64,000 nt of DNA from Octopus vulgaris. Lineage: Eukaryota. Shown here in pieces: positions 51,890 to 64,000 of the stretch. The stretch covers positions 68,448,001 to 68,512,000 of the forward strand of contig OX597816.1 in NCBI GenBank assembly GCA_951406725.2, given 5' to 3'. Every line of letters begins with the position of its first letter. Position 1 is the stretch's first letter. The notes beneath the pieces were generated by a model. That model saw nothing but the letters and a program-made list of their open reading frames with translations. It did not search any database and had not been told where the DNA came from. A program made the position numbers and the translations under genes.

Positions 51890-52179
51890 CATATATGTAT
51901 ATATGTGTAAATATATATATGTATTTTATATATATATAAATATATATTTATATATTTATACATATGTGTGTATACACACATGCACACACACATATATATA
52001 TATATAAATGCTTATATGTATATATTTTGATATTTCACTAATGCATAACGAGACTAACAACCTGGGGTAGAACTCAATATATATTTGGTCCAAAACACAA
52101 TGTTATACGACTATAGAGTGGTAACAGAATACAAAAAAGATGACACCGGAAAAAACAAATATTATAAATGGACTCCATT

Positions 52180-52810
52180 AGCTTGCACTGTTTTCTGCTG
52201 TAACATGTGGTGGACTCTTCAGTAAGTACGAAGACAACATCCTGTAGCTTCATCAAAGCTTGGAATATGCAGCGCACTTTGTTTACTCTTTTAGCTCTTT
52301 TACTTGTTTCAGTCATTTGACTGTGGCCATGTTGGAGCACCGCCTTTTAGTCGAGCAGATCGACCCCCAGGACTTTGTAAGCCTAGTACTTGTTCTATCG
52401 TTCTCTTTCGCCAAACCGCTAAGTTATGGAGACGTAAACACAGCAGCATCGGTTGTTAAGCGATGGTGCGGGGACAAACTCAGACACACAAACACACATA
52501 TGTATACATATATATATACGACAGGCTTCTACAAAATCCACTCACAAGGCTTTGGACGGCACGAGGCTATAGGAGAAGAAACTAGCCGAAGGTGCCACGC
52601 AGTGGGACTGAACCCGGAACCATGTGGTTGGTAAGCAAGCTACTTCCACACAGCCTACATTTTCAAAACATACTCATAACGCCGGTATGTTCAGAAAATG
52701 TTACTTTTCCTATAAAGTGCATTTCATATTCAAGGCTCTGATGAAGCTATAGGATTTTATCCTGGTACTCACATAAGAGTCCATCATATCTTATAGCGGA
52801 AACAACTGTA
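52180..52810. mobile_element. Diverged inverted pair of hammerhead-bearing arms (52180-52280 minus, 52714-52810 plus) with a SINE between them
   Basis: Plus arm reads GCT-CTGATGA-A-GCTATAGGAT...ATCTTATAGC-G-GAAACAACTGTA. The minus arm is a diverged copy. Confidence 0.65.
52285..52655 (-). mobile_element. SINE family B
   Basis: Reverse complement of the B consensus with small deletions. Confidence 0.9.
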
Positions 52811-53323
52811 GTGAGGTTCATTACATAACATTTGGTTTTTCTAATTTTCTATGTATGTATGTATGTATGTATGTATGTATGTATGTATGTATGTATGTAT
52901 GTATGTATGTATGTATGTGCGTGTGTGTGTGTGTGTGTATATAGGAGCGGTGCTGACAAGTCGCTGGTTTTGGGTAACAGAATATACAGAATATATTTAA
53001 TTCATTTCTCGCTGTATTGCGTGTTCGTTTCATTTTTTTCCATCTGTGATTTTCCATTTGATCTTCTATATAAATGAAGATATTTCCGCGGTCTGGCTGC
53101 TTTTCTTTCTACAAAACGAGAAGTTACACTGCAGAACTGTTATTTTAACGAGTTATATTTATTTATCGCCCAACGAGATATATCTGTACCGCCGTGTGCT
53201 CCTGAACCAGTTGTTGAGTGTCCCCCCCCCCCCATGAGAGATCGATGCTAGATGTGCCGAAACAATTGTTGTGATTAATAATAAATTCTCGTATATTATC
53301 TTCTGTCTTTCATTTGCCATATG

Positions 53324-53640
53324 GAGCGTCGAGCTTACGATCGTGAGGTTGTGAGTTCGAATCCCGAACCGGGTTGCGTGTTGTGTTCTTGAGCAAGACA
53401 CTTTATTTCACGTTGGTCCAGTTCACTCAGCTGTAGAAATGAGTTGCGACGGTACAGGTGCCAAGCTGTATCGGCCCTTGCCTTACCCTTGGATAACACT
53501 GGTGGCGTGGAGAGGGGAGGCAAGTATGCATGGGCGGCTGCTGGTCTTCCATAAACAACCTTGCCCGGACTTGTTCCTGGGAGGGTAACTTTCTAGGTGC
53601 AATCCCACGGTCAGTTATGACCGAAGGGGGTCTCAGCTCA
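53324..53640 (+). mobile_element. SINE family D with tail type 4 (5'-truncated)
   Basis: Colinear with 36264-36576. Confidence 0.9.
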
Positions 53641-55284
53641 ATATATATAAAATCAACATAATCACCGAAAGCGCACAAGCTAAACTTCGAAGTCACTGTT
53701 AGCCTTTTCCTTGTAAAAGTGCAATAAACATATATTCTACTAAAATGTTTTGAGTTATCTTTCATTTTAATGCTAAATTGTTTTATATATAACGACATAA
53801 AAGCAAGCATTTATACACACGCGTACACATACATATACTTGTATTGTTTTCTCATGTGTTCGTGTAGAACGGTATTTTCAATTCCGTAGAAAGAAATTAC
53901 TATTTAAGAATAGATAATTTTTAAATAAAAATAAACTGGTCTATTATAGATTTATTTTAAATTACATTTTAAAAAGCTACCATTGCATCGGATACGTTTA
54001 TACTGTAATAAAATTGTATTCATATATACATTCATATATATTGTATTGTATTCAGATACTGCAATATTAAAAAAAAATTAATATGAAATCACGAAATCAT
54101 GATATCATGATGTAGTATTATTCTATAAATCTACAGACTATTAAATTCTTTGTTATATTTATTTACATAATTGAATCGTTTTTGTCCAGTTAATCTCTCA
54201 TATCTGTTATTTCAACGAAAATCATTATTTCCCGTCTGTGATTTCAAAACAGCCAATTTTGTTGTTAAATCAACCGCCAGTATCCATCATTAAACAGACA
54301 ATTCGGAATTTAAACTAATAGAAAGTAGCAAACAATGTTTAAATATTTAATTATTTAAAACTCTGTTTTTGATATCATCAATGGTAATTATAACAACCTG
54401 ATATAAAAATCTTTCTTACTATGTTTATTAATTTATATTTATTCAATTTACAGAACATAAATGATAGCATTTTTCATTTATTATTCGGTTAATTTTATTT
54501 TTTGTGTTATCATTTATCATCAGTAAATTCCAACATGCTGGGATATGATGAACAAAATTTGAAAATTCAAAATTGATGTGAAGAGCAGTTTCCTTTTACA
54601 TAATTAATATTCTCGAAGCAGGAATGAGAGCCACACATTGGCATACGTCAGTGCATGTGTGTTTTGAGTGAGTGATATATAAATTTAGGAAGAGTCTGTT
54701 TAGAGATAGTCTTTTCTGCTAAGTTTTCCCATTTCTTTATTTCAGCCGTTTCAACCCCACCTATGATCGGGCACCATTTTGGAGGACTTTAATCGACTGA
54801 ATAGATCCCAGTACTAATTTTAAATCTGGTACTTATTCAATCGGAACGGAATGGAAACGAGCGTGCACCTTTTGTCAAACGGTGGGAAACTAACGAATAC
54901 ACACGCACATACACGCACGCACGCATGCGCGCACACACACATACATACACACATACACGCGTGCTTGCACCTATGATTCTCGGTTTCGACGATGAGGTTT
55001 CAGTGGTTCAATAAACGTAATTACTTTCCTCATTCAATTAAGTATAAATGACTGAGAATTCCACTACCACATGTATCCTTACCATAATTCCCAGGTGGAA
55101 TCAGCGTGACGAAGTGTGACAAGGCTATGTTACAGGTAAAATCCATTCAGCGAGATTGTTTTCGTCTACGCAATTTGATTCACAAGGTTTGGGTCAGCTG
55201 ACACCACAGAATAAGACACAAGTCGAAAGTGGGATGCAACAATAAGCAGCAGCAGCAAGAGCAGCAGCTTCCACGTGTAAAATT

Positions 55285-55317
<33 letters not shown>

Positions 55318-57593
55318 CCAGCAATTTGAAGGGATGCAGTAAGTGGATTATATCGATCTCAGTACTTGACTCTTCTGTTATTGACTCCGAATTGATTTGA
55401 ACTCAGAATCTAACGAAGTGGAACAAATCTGGCGAAGTGTTCAAACGACTCTGTTTGATCACCAAAAATAAACGGAAAACCACCTAATACTGAGCTGTAC
55501 TTGAGCAAGTGTTTTCTAAAATAACTCCCGACCTACCAAAGCCTTGAGCGTAAATGTAACTGTACAAGTCCTGCGTACGTTTGTATACACATAGACATAA
55601 ATATGAGTGTGTGTATGTGTATATTTAGCTTTTTGTTAGTGTCAGTGTTGTCTCGCCTTTTACAAACTTGTGTTCGTTTCTTGACGAGCCTATATCTTAG
55701 TCATTCAGCAGAAAGGGAGCATAGAATAAGTGCTAGACATTGAAGAATAAGCATTGTGATCGATTTGATCGACTAAAACCATTCATGTTGGTGCCCCAGC
55801 TTGGCCACAGTTCAAGGACTAAAAGAAGTATATGAATATCGGGGTTCCACTGTCTATATTTCCGGCTCTGGCCTGAAACTATACTCCATTGATTCGAAGA
55901 ACTGTACTCATGGTTGACGATACAAAGGCACATGTATTTGCAGTCCTAGGCAAGACTTTATTTCAACAAGGCTAATATGCAAGGCTGTTGTAGCAATAAT
56001 TTATGTCATCGAGTATATTATTGAAAACGCCTCACTTTAGTCCAATGTGTTACTTATTTTTATTTTTCATTCTGCGATCGGTAACCCAATTAGGTTAGGT
56101 CATTGATTCAATAATTTCTACTCACTTATATATGCAGGTCAGATCAAGGCCGCTGTGATGATGTCAGCCTATGGATGTAAGACAGTCCATGTATAGAAGG
56201 TCTTCCCCTCTCCATGTTGATGTTCTTCAAAAGGAAGGTTAATTTCTTAGATGTCGATACCGCTCAACAATAGTGTTTTCACAAGCGTAGCTCTCAGGAC
56301 GCAAAGAGCTCACAACTATACAAATACTGCAAAGCATTTTGCCCGTGTTTGATAATCAAATCCATTATCCACTCTGCAGCAGCACAAATTATATTTTCTC
56401 CGGAATGAAGATAAAGTTGAGCTCAGCAAGATTTGAACTCAGAGTACAGAGAGCCGGAACAAATACCATTAGTCATATTGACGGTCCTGTAATAATTCCA
56501 TCATTTTACCACGCTGGAATGATATTATTTCATCGTCCCCGAAAAGAAAGGAAAATCGATCTCATCGGAATTTGAACTCAGAGCACAGAGTTTCGGAACA
56601 AATACTGCGAGCAACTCTGCCAATTCACCTTACTTAACTAACTATGAAGTCATCTAATCCTAAAAATAGTTCTATGGTGATCCACACCGCTGAAATAAGT
56701 ATGGAAGACATTGAAAAATAATAACTTATATACCCGTTCTGGCAGTTATCTACAAAATATTGTATCAATCTGTCGTATCTTCAACATGGAAGTTGCTACT
56801 TGATAAAATTAACAGTTAATAATATTTTATAAAATATAGAAAATTATTATTTACGCACCAATATCGCACACATCCCATTTGCCTCCCAGTAAAAGTAATC
56901 TGAAAAAAAACCATTATATAAAAAAATAACTTACTCTAATATTATATCCTACAGCTTTGTCTAAGATGTTTCTGAACTCAAATTGCAAATTCAATTATGG
57001 TCAAGTCATATTTAATATGTTATATATTATATTTCTAATATGTTATATTTGCAAGATGAACGACGATATGGTTTTAAAGCAGTGTTCTGATTCCCTGTGG
57101 GTGGATTAATGTTAGAGGAAGATCGTCAGGAAAATATTAAGAAACTACGAATAAATATAAGATGAATCCCCCCAAGGGTAAGTTATTGCTGATCGTTTCA
57201 CAGAGACATTGCTGTTGGTGGTTTATGCTTATGATAGTTTGAATGTTCCGGAGAAATCAATAACGTTATTTCATTGGTGTTGTTGATTATATATATAGAA
57301 TAATATCTGAAATTCACAGAACATCATTAAACCCCAGAGGATATAGAAATGACGAATTTGATGGAGAGAGAGTATAAACTGTATAACATATCGATATTGC
57401 TTGGTAACTCGTTTTTATCACTGTAAATTACATCGGAACTTGACGCCGGCTCGAATCGCTCCGATGGAATAAAGTAGCTGTAATATGCTATGCTGAAGCC
57501 AATTGATTATATTACCTTCTTGGAATCAGAGTGCATTTTGACGGGGAAAAGGTTCCTTGATATGCTAGGGATTAGGGATCCATAGGAACAATA

Positions 57594-57998
57594 GGCGCAG
57601 GAGTGGCTGTGTGGTAAGTAGCTTGCTTACCAACCACATGGTTCCGGGTTCAGTCCCACTGCGTGGCTCCTTGGGCAAGTGTCTTCTACTGTAACTTCGG
57701 ACCAACCAAAGTTTTGTGAGTGGATTTGGTAGACGGAAACTGACAGAAGCCCGTCGTATGTATGTATATATATGTGTGTGTGTGTGAGAGAGAGAGAGTC
57801 TGTGTTTGTTCCCCCAGCATCGCTTGACAACCGATGCTGGTGTGTTTACGTCCCTGTAACATTAACTGTTCGGTAAAAGAGAACGATAGTATAAGTACTA
57901 GGATTACAAAGAATAAGTCCGGGGTCGATTTGCTCGACTAAAGGCGGTGCTCCAGCATGGCCGCAGTCAAATGACTGAAACAAGTAAAAGAGTAAAGA
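57594..57998 (+). mobile_element. SINE family B, full length
   Basis: GGCGCAGGAGTGGCTGTGTGGTAAG...ATGACTGAAACAAGTAAAAGAG. Confidence 0.92.
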
Positions 57999-58356
57999 GA
58001 AAGAGAGAGTATAGATATCAAGAAAGATATATACGAACAATAGAAATATTCCGATTCAGTATTAAAAATAAGACTAATTTCTATGTATGTATGTATGTAT
58101 GTATGTATGTATGTATGTATGTATGTATGTATGTATGTATGTATGTATGTGCGCTTGTGTATATATGTATGTATATGTGGATGTAGGTATGGATGGATAC
58201 ATGTATGAATGTATGTGCTTCTCTATATATGTCTTTACGTACACATGTAAATGTATGTGTTGATGCATGTATTTGTGTATGGATGGATGCCTGCATGCAT
58301 GCATATATGTACCTATGTATGAATAAATGTGTATCCATGTATATATATCAGTCGCC

Positions 58357-58545
58357 ATGATAGATCGTTAGCCACTACATACATGTTTTCTCTCCTTGTT
58401 TTTTCTGTGTCCCTTTCTGTAGAAAAGCGTAGGCTCGAAACGTAAAATAATTTTCCTATTCCTGAGCGTTATACTAATATATCTGTTTGTTTTGTATACC
58501 ACCTGTCTTCGTCTTTTGTTTTCTTTTCGTAAACTCTCCCTGTAT
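58357..58545 (+). mobile_element. Second copy of the 8524-8720 repeat
   Basis: Colinear with 8524-8720. Contains CTTT-CTGTAGA-A-AAGC-GTAG-GCTC-GAAACGTA-AAA. Confidence 0.75.
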
Positions 58546-59034
58546 ATGTATGTATGTATGAGTTACCTGTTCTTTTACTAGTTTAACCAATTGAACTGCG
58601 CCCGTGTCGGGTTGCAGAATCACGGTATATTCAAACAAATTTCTGTTATGAGAATAAAAACACTTCAGTTCATGTTTGAAATTCATAGGGAGTCTAAAAT
58701 ATTAATTAAGAATATGAATTAAAATCTCAAATAAAATATACACTTCCCCGCTAGTTGTGAAACTGACAAACAGAATATCTTGCACAGTGTGCATAAGAAA
58801 AGGGTATGTAACTCCTTGCTAAAATATAAATCATGATTGTAACTCAGAATTATTTCGCCTTTTTCATATCAAATAGTCAAAATATGTGTATATTTAATAC
58901 ATTTTGACCTGTCCTGACAGTCAGATATTTCATATAATATCTTAACTTGTACGGCCTAAAATAAGCCATCTAATTATCATTTTTATTACGGACATTGTAA
59001 TTTCGCTATACTCAGTGAATCGAACTTGTATACG

Positions 59035-59331
59035 TCACCAACCAGGCTATCAGATGTTGCTACACATCGCTGGTCACAATGCGCTTCGCATTGTTTTAGC
59101 CTTCAAATGACGCCACTCCGCTGGCTAAGCGAGCAGTCCAAAAGAAGAAAGAGTGAGAGAAAGTTGTGGCGAAAGAGTACAGCAGGGATCGCCACCACCC
59201 ACTGCCGGAGCCTCGTAGAGCTCTGGAGGTTTTCCGCCCAATAAACACTCACAACGCCCGGTATGGGAATCGAAACCGCGATCCTACGACCGCGAGTCCG
59301 CTACCCTTACCACTGGGCCATTGCAACTCCA
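59035..59331 (-). mobile_element. SINE family C with tail type 2
   Basis: Colinear with 46610-46911. Confidence 0.9.
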
Positions 59332-60379
59332 CGTATACTTGACACCTTCCATAAATTTCTTCTTAATTTCTCATGTATGTGACGGTTATGCTAAGCTGCA
59401 TAATAATTACAAATTCGAATAGTTATTTTTATGCTTCAAACCATAAAGTTCATAAACCGCATCACTGCACAAATACCAGTATATTTCAATAATTCCGAAG
59501 AAACCGTTACACAACGAGTATTTATTAATTATCATTGAAAAACTTCTGTTAAATTTATAAATATAATTCAAACCTGATATTACTCAATAATTTACGTAAC
59601 TATTGTTGTGTAAACTACAGTATGTTTAGAAGTCTTTCCACGCTACGTTACTACTTTCTGCCAACGTACAACTGTTGTTTTTCCTTTATCCGAGCATCTC
59701 CACTAATATCCATCTTTAATTAAATCTTAAATCCATTATACAAACTAATCACTAATCATATGCCCATAAAAGTTAAGACCATCTTCAGAATACCATTATT
59801 GAATTAGATCGTATCTGCTAATACTAATCAGAAAACAGGATAATTAGCTTATAGTATTATATGTGAACAAATTCAACATTTACAGACACATACCTTTTCC
59901 GTGTTTTTATACTACATTTAGAAAACTTCTCTTTAAAGTATAACTTGAACATTATAGATGCGCATTACGCACAATTTTATTCTCTCAAACATTATATTAC
60001 ATTACTAATGCAGACTCCTCTTAGCGTCTCTATATAAATTCTCGCAAGTACCTCTGTCAACATAAATTTATGCCTTCATCCAAATAATTCCATAGCAATA
60101 AAGATATTATTACATCTAACTCATTACAGCAACCGATTCCTTCGCTCCACATTAAAATGTATTTGTAAATCTATATCTCTGGTTGTTAGGCGCTAACACT
60201 TTTCTAATTATGCATACTCATAATATACAACTTTAATTAAACAATGCAAGTTTACGTTATTATGAAAATTTGTATCTAATTAGAAAGCCTCTCTTTATAT
60301 CAAATATTAAACGTTCTGTATAATTAACAATAGTTTATGAATATTCTAAACAATTTCTCTAGAAATAATACTATTCAAT

Positions 60380-60451
<72 letters not shown>

Positions 60452-60679
60452 TGTTTGTTTGTGTGTTCGTGTGAGCGTGTGATTACTGAGAAGATAGTAG
60501 TGTGTACCTGGCTCGAAAGATGAAACCATAGAAGGGATTGATCATATTGAATGCTTGTCATCGAGTACCGGCAAGTTTATGATATTCCCCAACTTTGAAG
60601 GTTACCTCAATGCAGCCTAAGTTCAAAATAGTCCTACCAACTACCAGCAGAATAAGAGGACAGAAATCATTAACATAAA

Positions 60680-61130
60680 ACACATGTAAGCTTTACAAAA
60701 CCGATATTGAGGACTTCAACTACGTTATTGTCATCTGCAAGAGAATGTCTTGCAGATATTATCTTCGCATGTGGTGTGATGCCTCGGTAAAGACAGTCTG
60801 GAACAGAAAATTAAAGGGAAACACCAATAAGCAAAAAAGAATATTGGCGGAACTGTAAAATTAATAGAGCCACCAGGTTAAAACACAACCAACCCAATGT
60901 TACTGCGTGGAACCATAAGAAAAATATGCTCAGTTGCGGAAATGAGTTGCCCTCTGGTCAACAATTTGGTCAGAAAAATAGGGGTAAAGGAGAACAGTTA
61001 TGGAACCTGGAAAAGGTGTTTGCAAAATCTGATCTAAGATATGTTTTGAGCTTCATACCGATTGTTATTGGACTAACATGATACGTACCAACACTTCTGA
61101 GGTAGAGTATGGCTGAAGTTGCGTTCTTGG
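60680..61130 (+). pseudogene. Highly degenerate RLE-type (R4/Dong-like) LINE relic
   Basis: CKLYKTDIEDFNYVIVICKRMSCRYYL (decayed CCHC knuckle region, 60685) and FIPIVIG (61052). Confidence 0.5.
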
Positions 61131-61231
61131 GGAGAGAACACAACTTTGAGTCATACACTACAAATGATCACGATATTTGATACTGTAAAAATCTGCAGGG
61201 CACCCATAACGTATTAAAGTTGGTGAACATA

Positions 61232-61525
61232 GTCGTAGGAGTGGCTGTGTGGTAAGTAGCTTGCTTACCAACCACATGGTTTCGGGTTCAGTCCCACTGC
61301 GTGCCAACTTGGGCAAGTGTCTTCTACTATTGTGTCGGGCCGACCAAAGTCTTGTGAGTGGATTTGGTGGACGGAAACTGAAAGAAGCCCGTCGTATATA
61401 TGTATATATATGTATGTGTGTGTATATGTTTGTCCCCCCAACATCGCTTGACAACCGATGCTGGTGTGTTTACGTCCCGTAACATTAGCGGTTCGGCAAA
61501 AGAGACCGATAGATTAAGCACTAGG
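61232..61525 (+). mobile_element. SINE family B (3'-truncated)
   Basis: B head, core and part of the tail. Confidence 0.9.
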
Positions 61526-61811
61526 GATATAACATAAACATTTCTTTGCATAACATTAAACTTCATATATTTTAATTTTTTATCCGTTACCATATTACAT
61601 AATTTTTTTTCCGTGATATTCAATAAACTTTCACTTATAAAAGAATGTCTACCAAACAAATAAAATAAAACATTTAATATCCATACAAGTGTTCTATGAA
61701 ACTGTTTTCACAACTCATAAGGATCCTCTTTTATTCATTAAATTGGCCATAAAGACCTTACAAAGAAGGGAAGCTGCGGGCTGCACAAGGACATAATGAG
61801 ATGAAATGATA

Positions 61812-62040
61812 GACGAGCTGGCAGAATTGTTAGCACGTTAGGCGAAATGCGCAGCTGTATTTCGTCTGCGCTTACGTTCTGTGTTCAAATTCCGCCGAGG
61901 TCGACTTTACCTTTCATCTTTTCGGGGTCGATAAATTAAGGACCAGTTACGCACTGGGGTCGATGTAATCGACTTAATCCGTTTGTCTGTCCTTGTTTGT
62001 CCTCTCTGTGTTTAGCCCCTTGTGGGTAGTAAAGAAATAG
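61812..62040 (+). mobile_element. SINE family A, full monomer
   Basis: CGAGCTGGCAGAATTGTTAGC...GTTCAAATTCCGCCGAGGTCGAC...CCCCTTGTGGGTAGTAAAGAAATAG. Confidence 0.9.
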
Positions 62041-62507
62041 ATATGATAATAATGAGAGCAACAGCAACGCCCACCGATTGCTGTTTCATAAGAATCCCCT
62101 TATTACATTGTTTTTCTATTACAACATAATTTAAGTTACTCCCGATGAAAATTCTAGTCTCATGTCCCTTAACATTCTTATGAACCTGAAGTCTAAATAA
62201 TAATTATTTTTCTCCACAACTTCTGGAACACAATAAGCACGTTTAATTTTTATTTGTATTTTACTGGTAAAACAGCTAAACTACTTAATTTACAAACCCA
62301 TAAGTGCATATGGAAAATAGTTAGTTTTGCTTGGTATACTGAAAACTCGGTACTTAAATAACTAGTCAACGTATCATAAATATAAATATGATTACATATT
62401 GATCAATTTCATACTGAATTCGTTATGCAATAAGAAAATTTTGATTGAAGACCATATACATGCATATATACATACATTCATATGTACGTACATACATACA
62501 TGCATAC

Positions 62508-62833
62508 GTGTGAAGGCGCGTTGCTTAGCGGTTAGGACATTCGGCTCACAATTGTAAGGTCGTGAGTTCCATTCCCGGCGATGCGTTATGTCCTTGAGCA
62601 AGACACTTTATTTCACGTTGCTCCAGTCCACTCAGCTGGGAACAATGAGTTGTACCTGTATTTCTAAGGGTCGGCCTTGTCACACTCTGTGTCACGCTGA
62701 ATCTCCCTGAGAACTACATTAGGGGTACACGTGTCTGTGGATTGCTCGGTCTTTTGCACGTTAATTTCACGAGCAAGCTGCTCCGTTGATGGTATCAGCT
62801 GGGACCCTCGTTGTCGTAAACGACTGAGTGCTC
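62508..62833 (+). mobile_element. SINE family D-type head with tail type 3
   Basis: D-type head (TCCTTGAGCAAGACACTTTATTTCACG) joined to the TTGTACCTGTATTTC...GGGTACACGTGTCTGTGG tail also seen at 48810-48990. Confidence 0.88.
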
Positions 62834-63536
62834 CTATTCTCCTATGCATATGTACGCCTACACATATATATATACACACACAATCATGTCTACGCCTGCA
62901 GTCAACAATTCTCAACATACTCTCATATATGGATATATAGGTATGTATGCGTACCTATCTATACGTATGCATGTATGTATATATGTATGTATATGGGTAC
63001 ATATGTATGTTTGTAAGTATGCATGTGTATATAAACACATATATATGCATCCATATGTACATACAAACATACATACATGTATATATTATGTATTATGTAT
63101 ATTAGCATACTCGTGTCGTCAAGATTATTATCGGCTTTATTTGTTATAGTAAACGGTACATCAAAACGATCAGAAAAACTGATAACTGGCAGCAATGGAG
63201 TAATTATATGTAAATATACACAAATAAATTGCTTAAACTGTCAGACACGTATGTAACGTCTTGGTTGAAAATATTACTGTCCACGTTTTTCTTCCTCCGC
63301 TGTCCGTTGTATGTTGACGTCAACATACTTATTTCTTTACTGCCCACAAGGGCCTAAACACAGAGGGGACAAACAAGGACAGACAAACGGATTAGGTCGA
63401 TTACACGGACCCCAGTACGTAACAGGTGCATACTTTATGCACTCACAGTGCATAGGTCGGCACGGAGTTATAGTGCGGCTGAGCAGTAAGCTCCTTTCCA
63501 CACAGCCATACATTCACACACCTCACATATAATATA

Positions 63537-63545
<9 letters not shown>

Positions 63546-63569
<24 letters not shown>

Positions 63570-64000
63570 TGTGTACAGTGCTCAGGTGCACTACAACTCA
63601 TCTAAAGTGTATATATAATCAGGTGAAGTTTCGGCGGATTTCGGAAAGCATGAGGGCCTTAAAATATGCAGTGTCATGGCAGTCAACAACTGACGCAGGC
63701 AGTTTATTCCATGCTTCAGCAACTCTGAGCGTGAAAAAATGTTTCCGAAAGTCATGGGAGCTGTATTGTTTTCTGACTTTGTAGGCATGTCCACGTGTGT
63801 TAGACACATGGAGATCAAAAAGGTGTTCAGTGTTGTTGTTGGTGAGGTGGTTGATAACTTTGTGGGTGTTTACCAAGTCCGTCGCCAAACGCCGGAGCTT
63901 CAGTGAATCCATGCCCAGGGAAACAAGGCGCTCAGAATATGGTAGGTGTCTGATGGAGGGTATGCGTTTGGTTGCACGTCTCTGGACAGATTCCAGGAGG
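63546..64000 (-). mobile_element. CR1-group LINE 3' end: ORF2 C-terminus, short 3' UTR, (ATT)n tail; continues past the window edge
   Basis: Open frame LLESVQRRATKRIPSIRHLPYSERLVSLGMDSLKLRRL..DL...TRGH..K....FRKHFFTLRVAEAWNKLP ending at the stop near 63619. These are typical CR1 ORF2 motifs. Confidence 0.92.

Noticed and set aside
55900-56240. Possible RTE LINE C-terminal relic
   Set aside because: Similarity is too weak without a translated search.

Overview
This is AT-rich, microsatellite-dense animal genomic DNA, not prokaryotic. The tRNA-derived SINE families resemble those I recall from Octopus, which is an inference. I find no credible host protein-coding exon, and the ORF track is almost entirely translated microsatellite and SINE sequence. 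The window is an intron or intergenic mosaic of: four tRNA-headed SINE families with swappable tails; relics of CR1-group, RTE and R4/Dong LINEs; mariner and hAT-type DNA transposon relics; two non-autonomous Helitron-like elements; and many non-coding, (TA)n-associated inverted or tandem repeats of Penelope-like architecture. Main observation: several sequence-unrelated repeat families each carry a hammerhead ribozyme (HHR) motif. The best case is a near-identical ~492-493 bp tandem array at 38068-40032. Each unit has a complete type I HHR with a 68-nt G-U-rich extended stem II, which suggests a retrozyme-like element that could release structured, possibly circular, ~492-nt RNAs. A tRNA-headed SINE-like element with an HHR tail (50620-51058) is also present. 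All folds were read by eye and none was computed.
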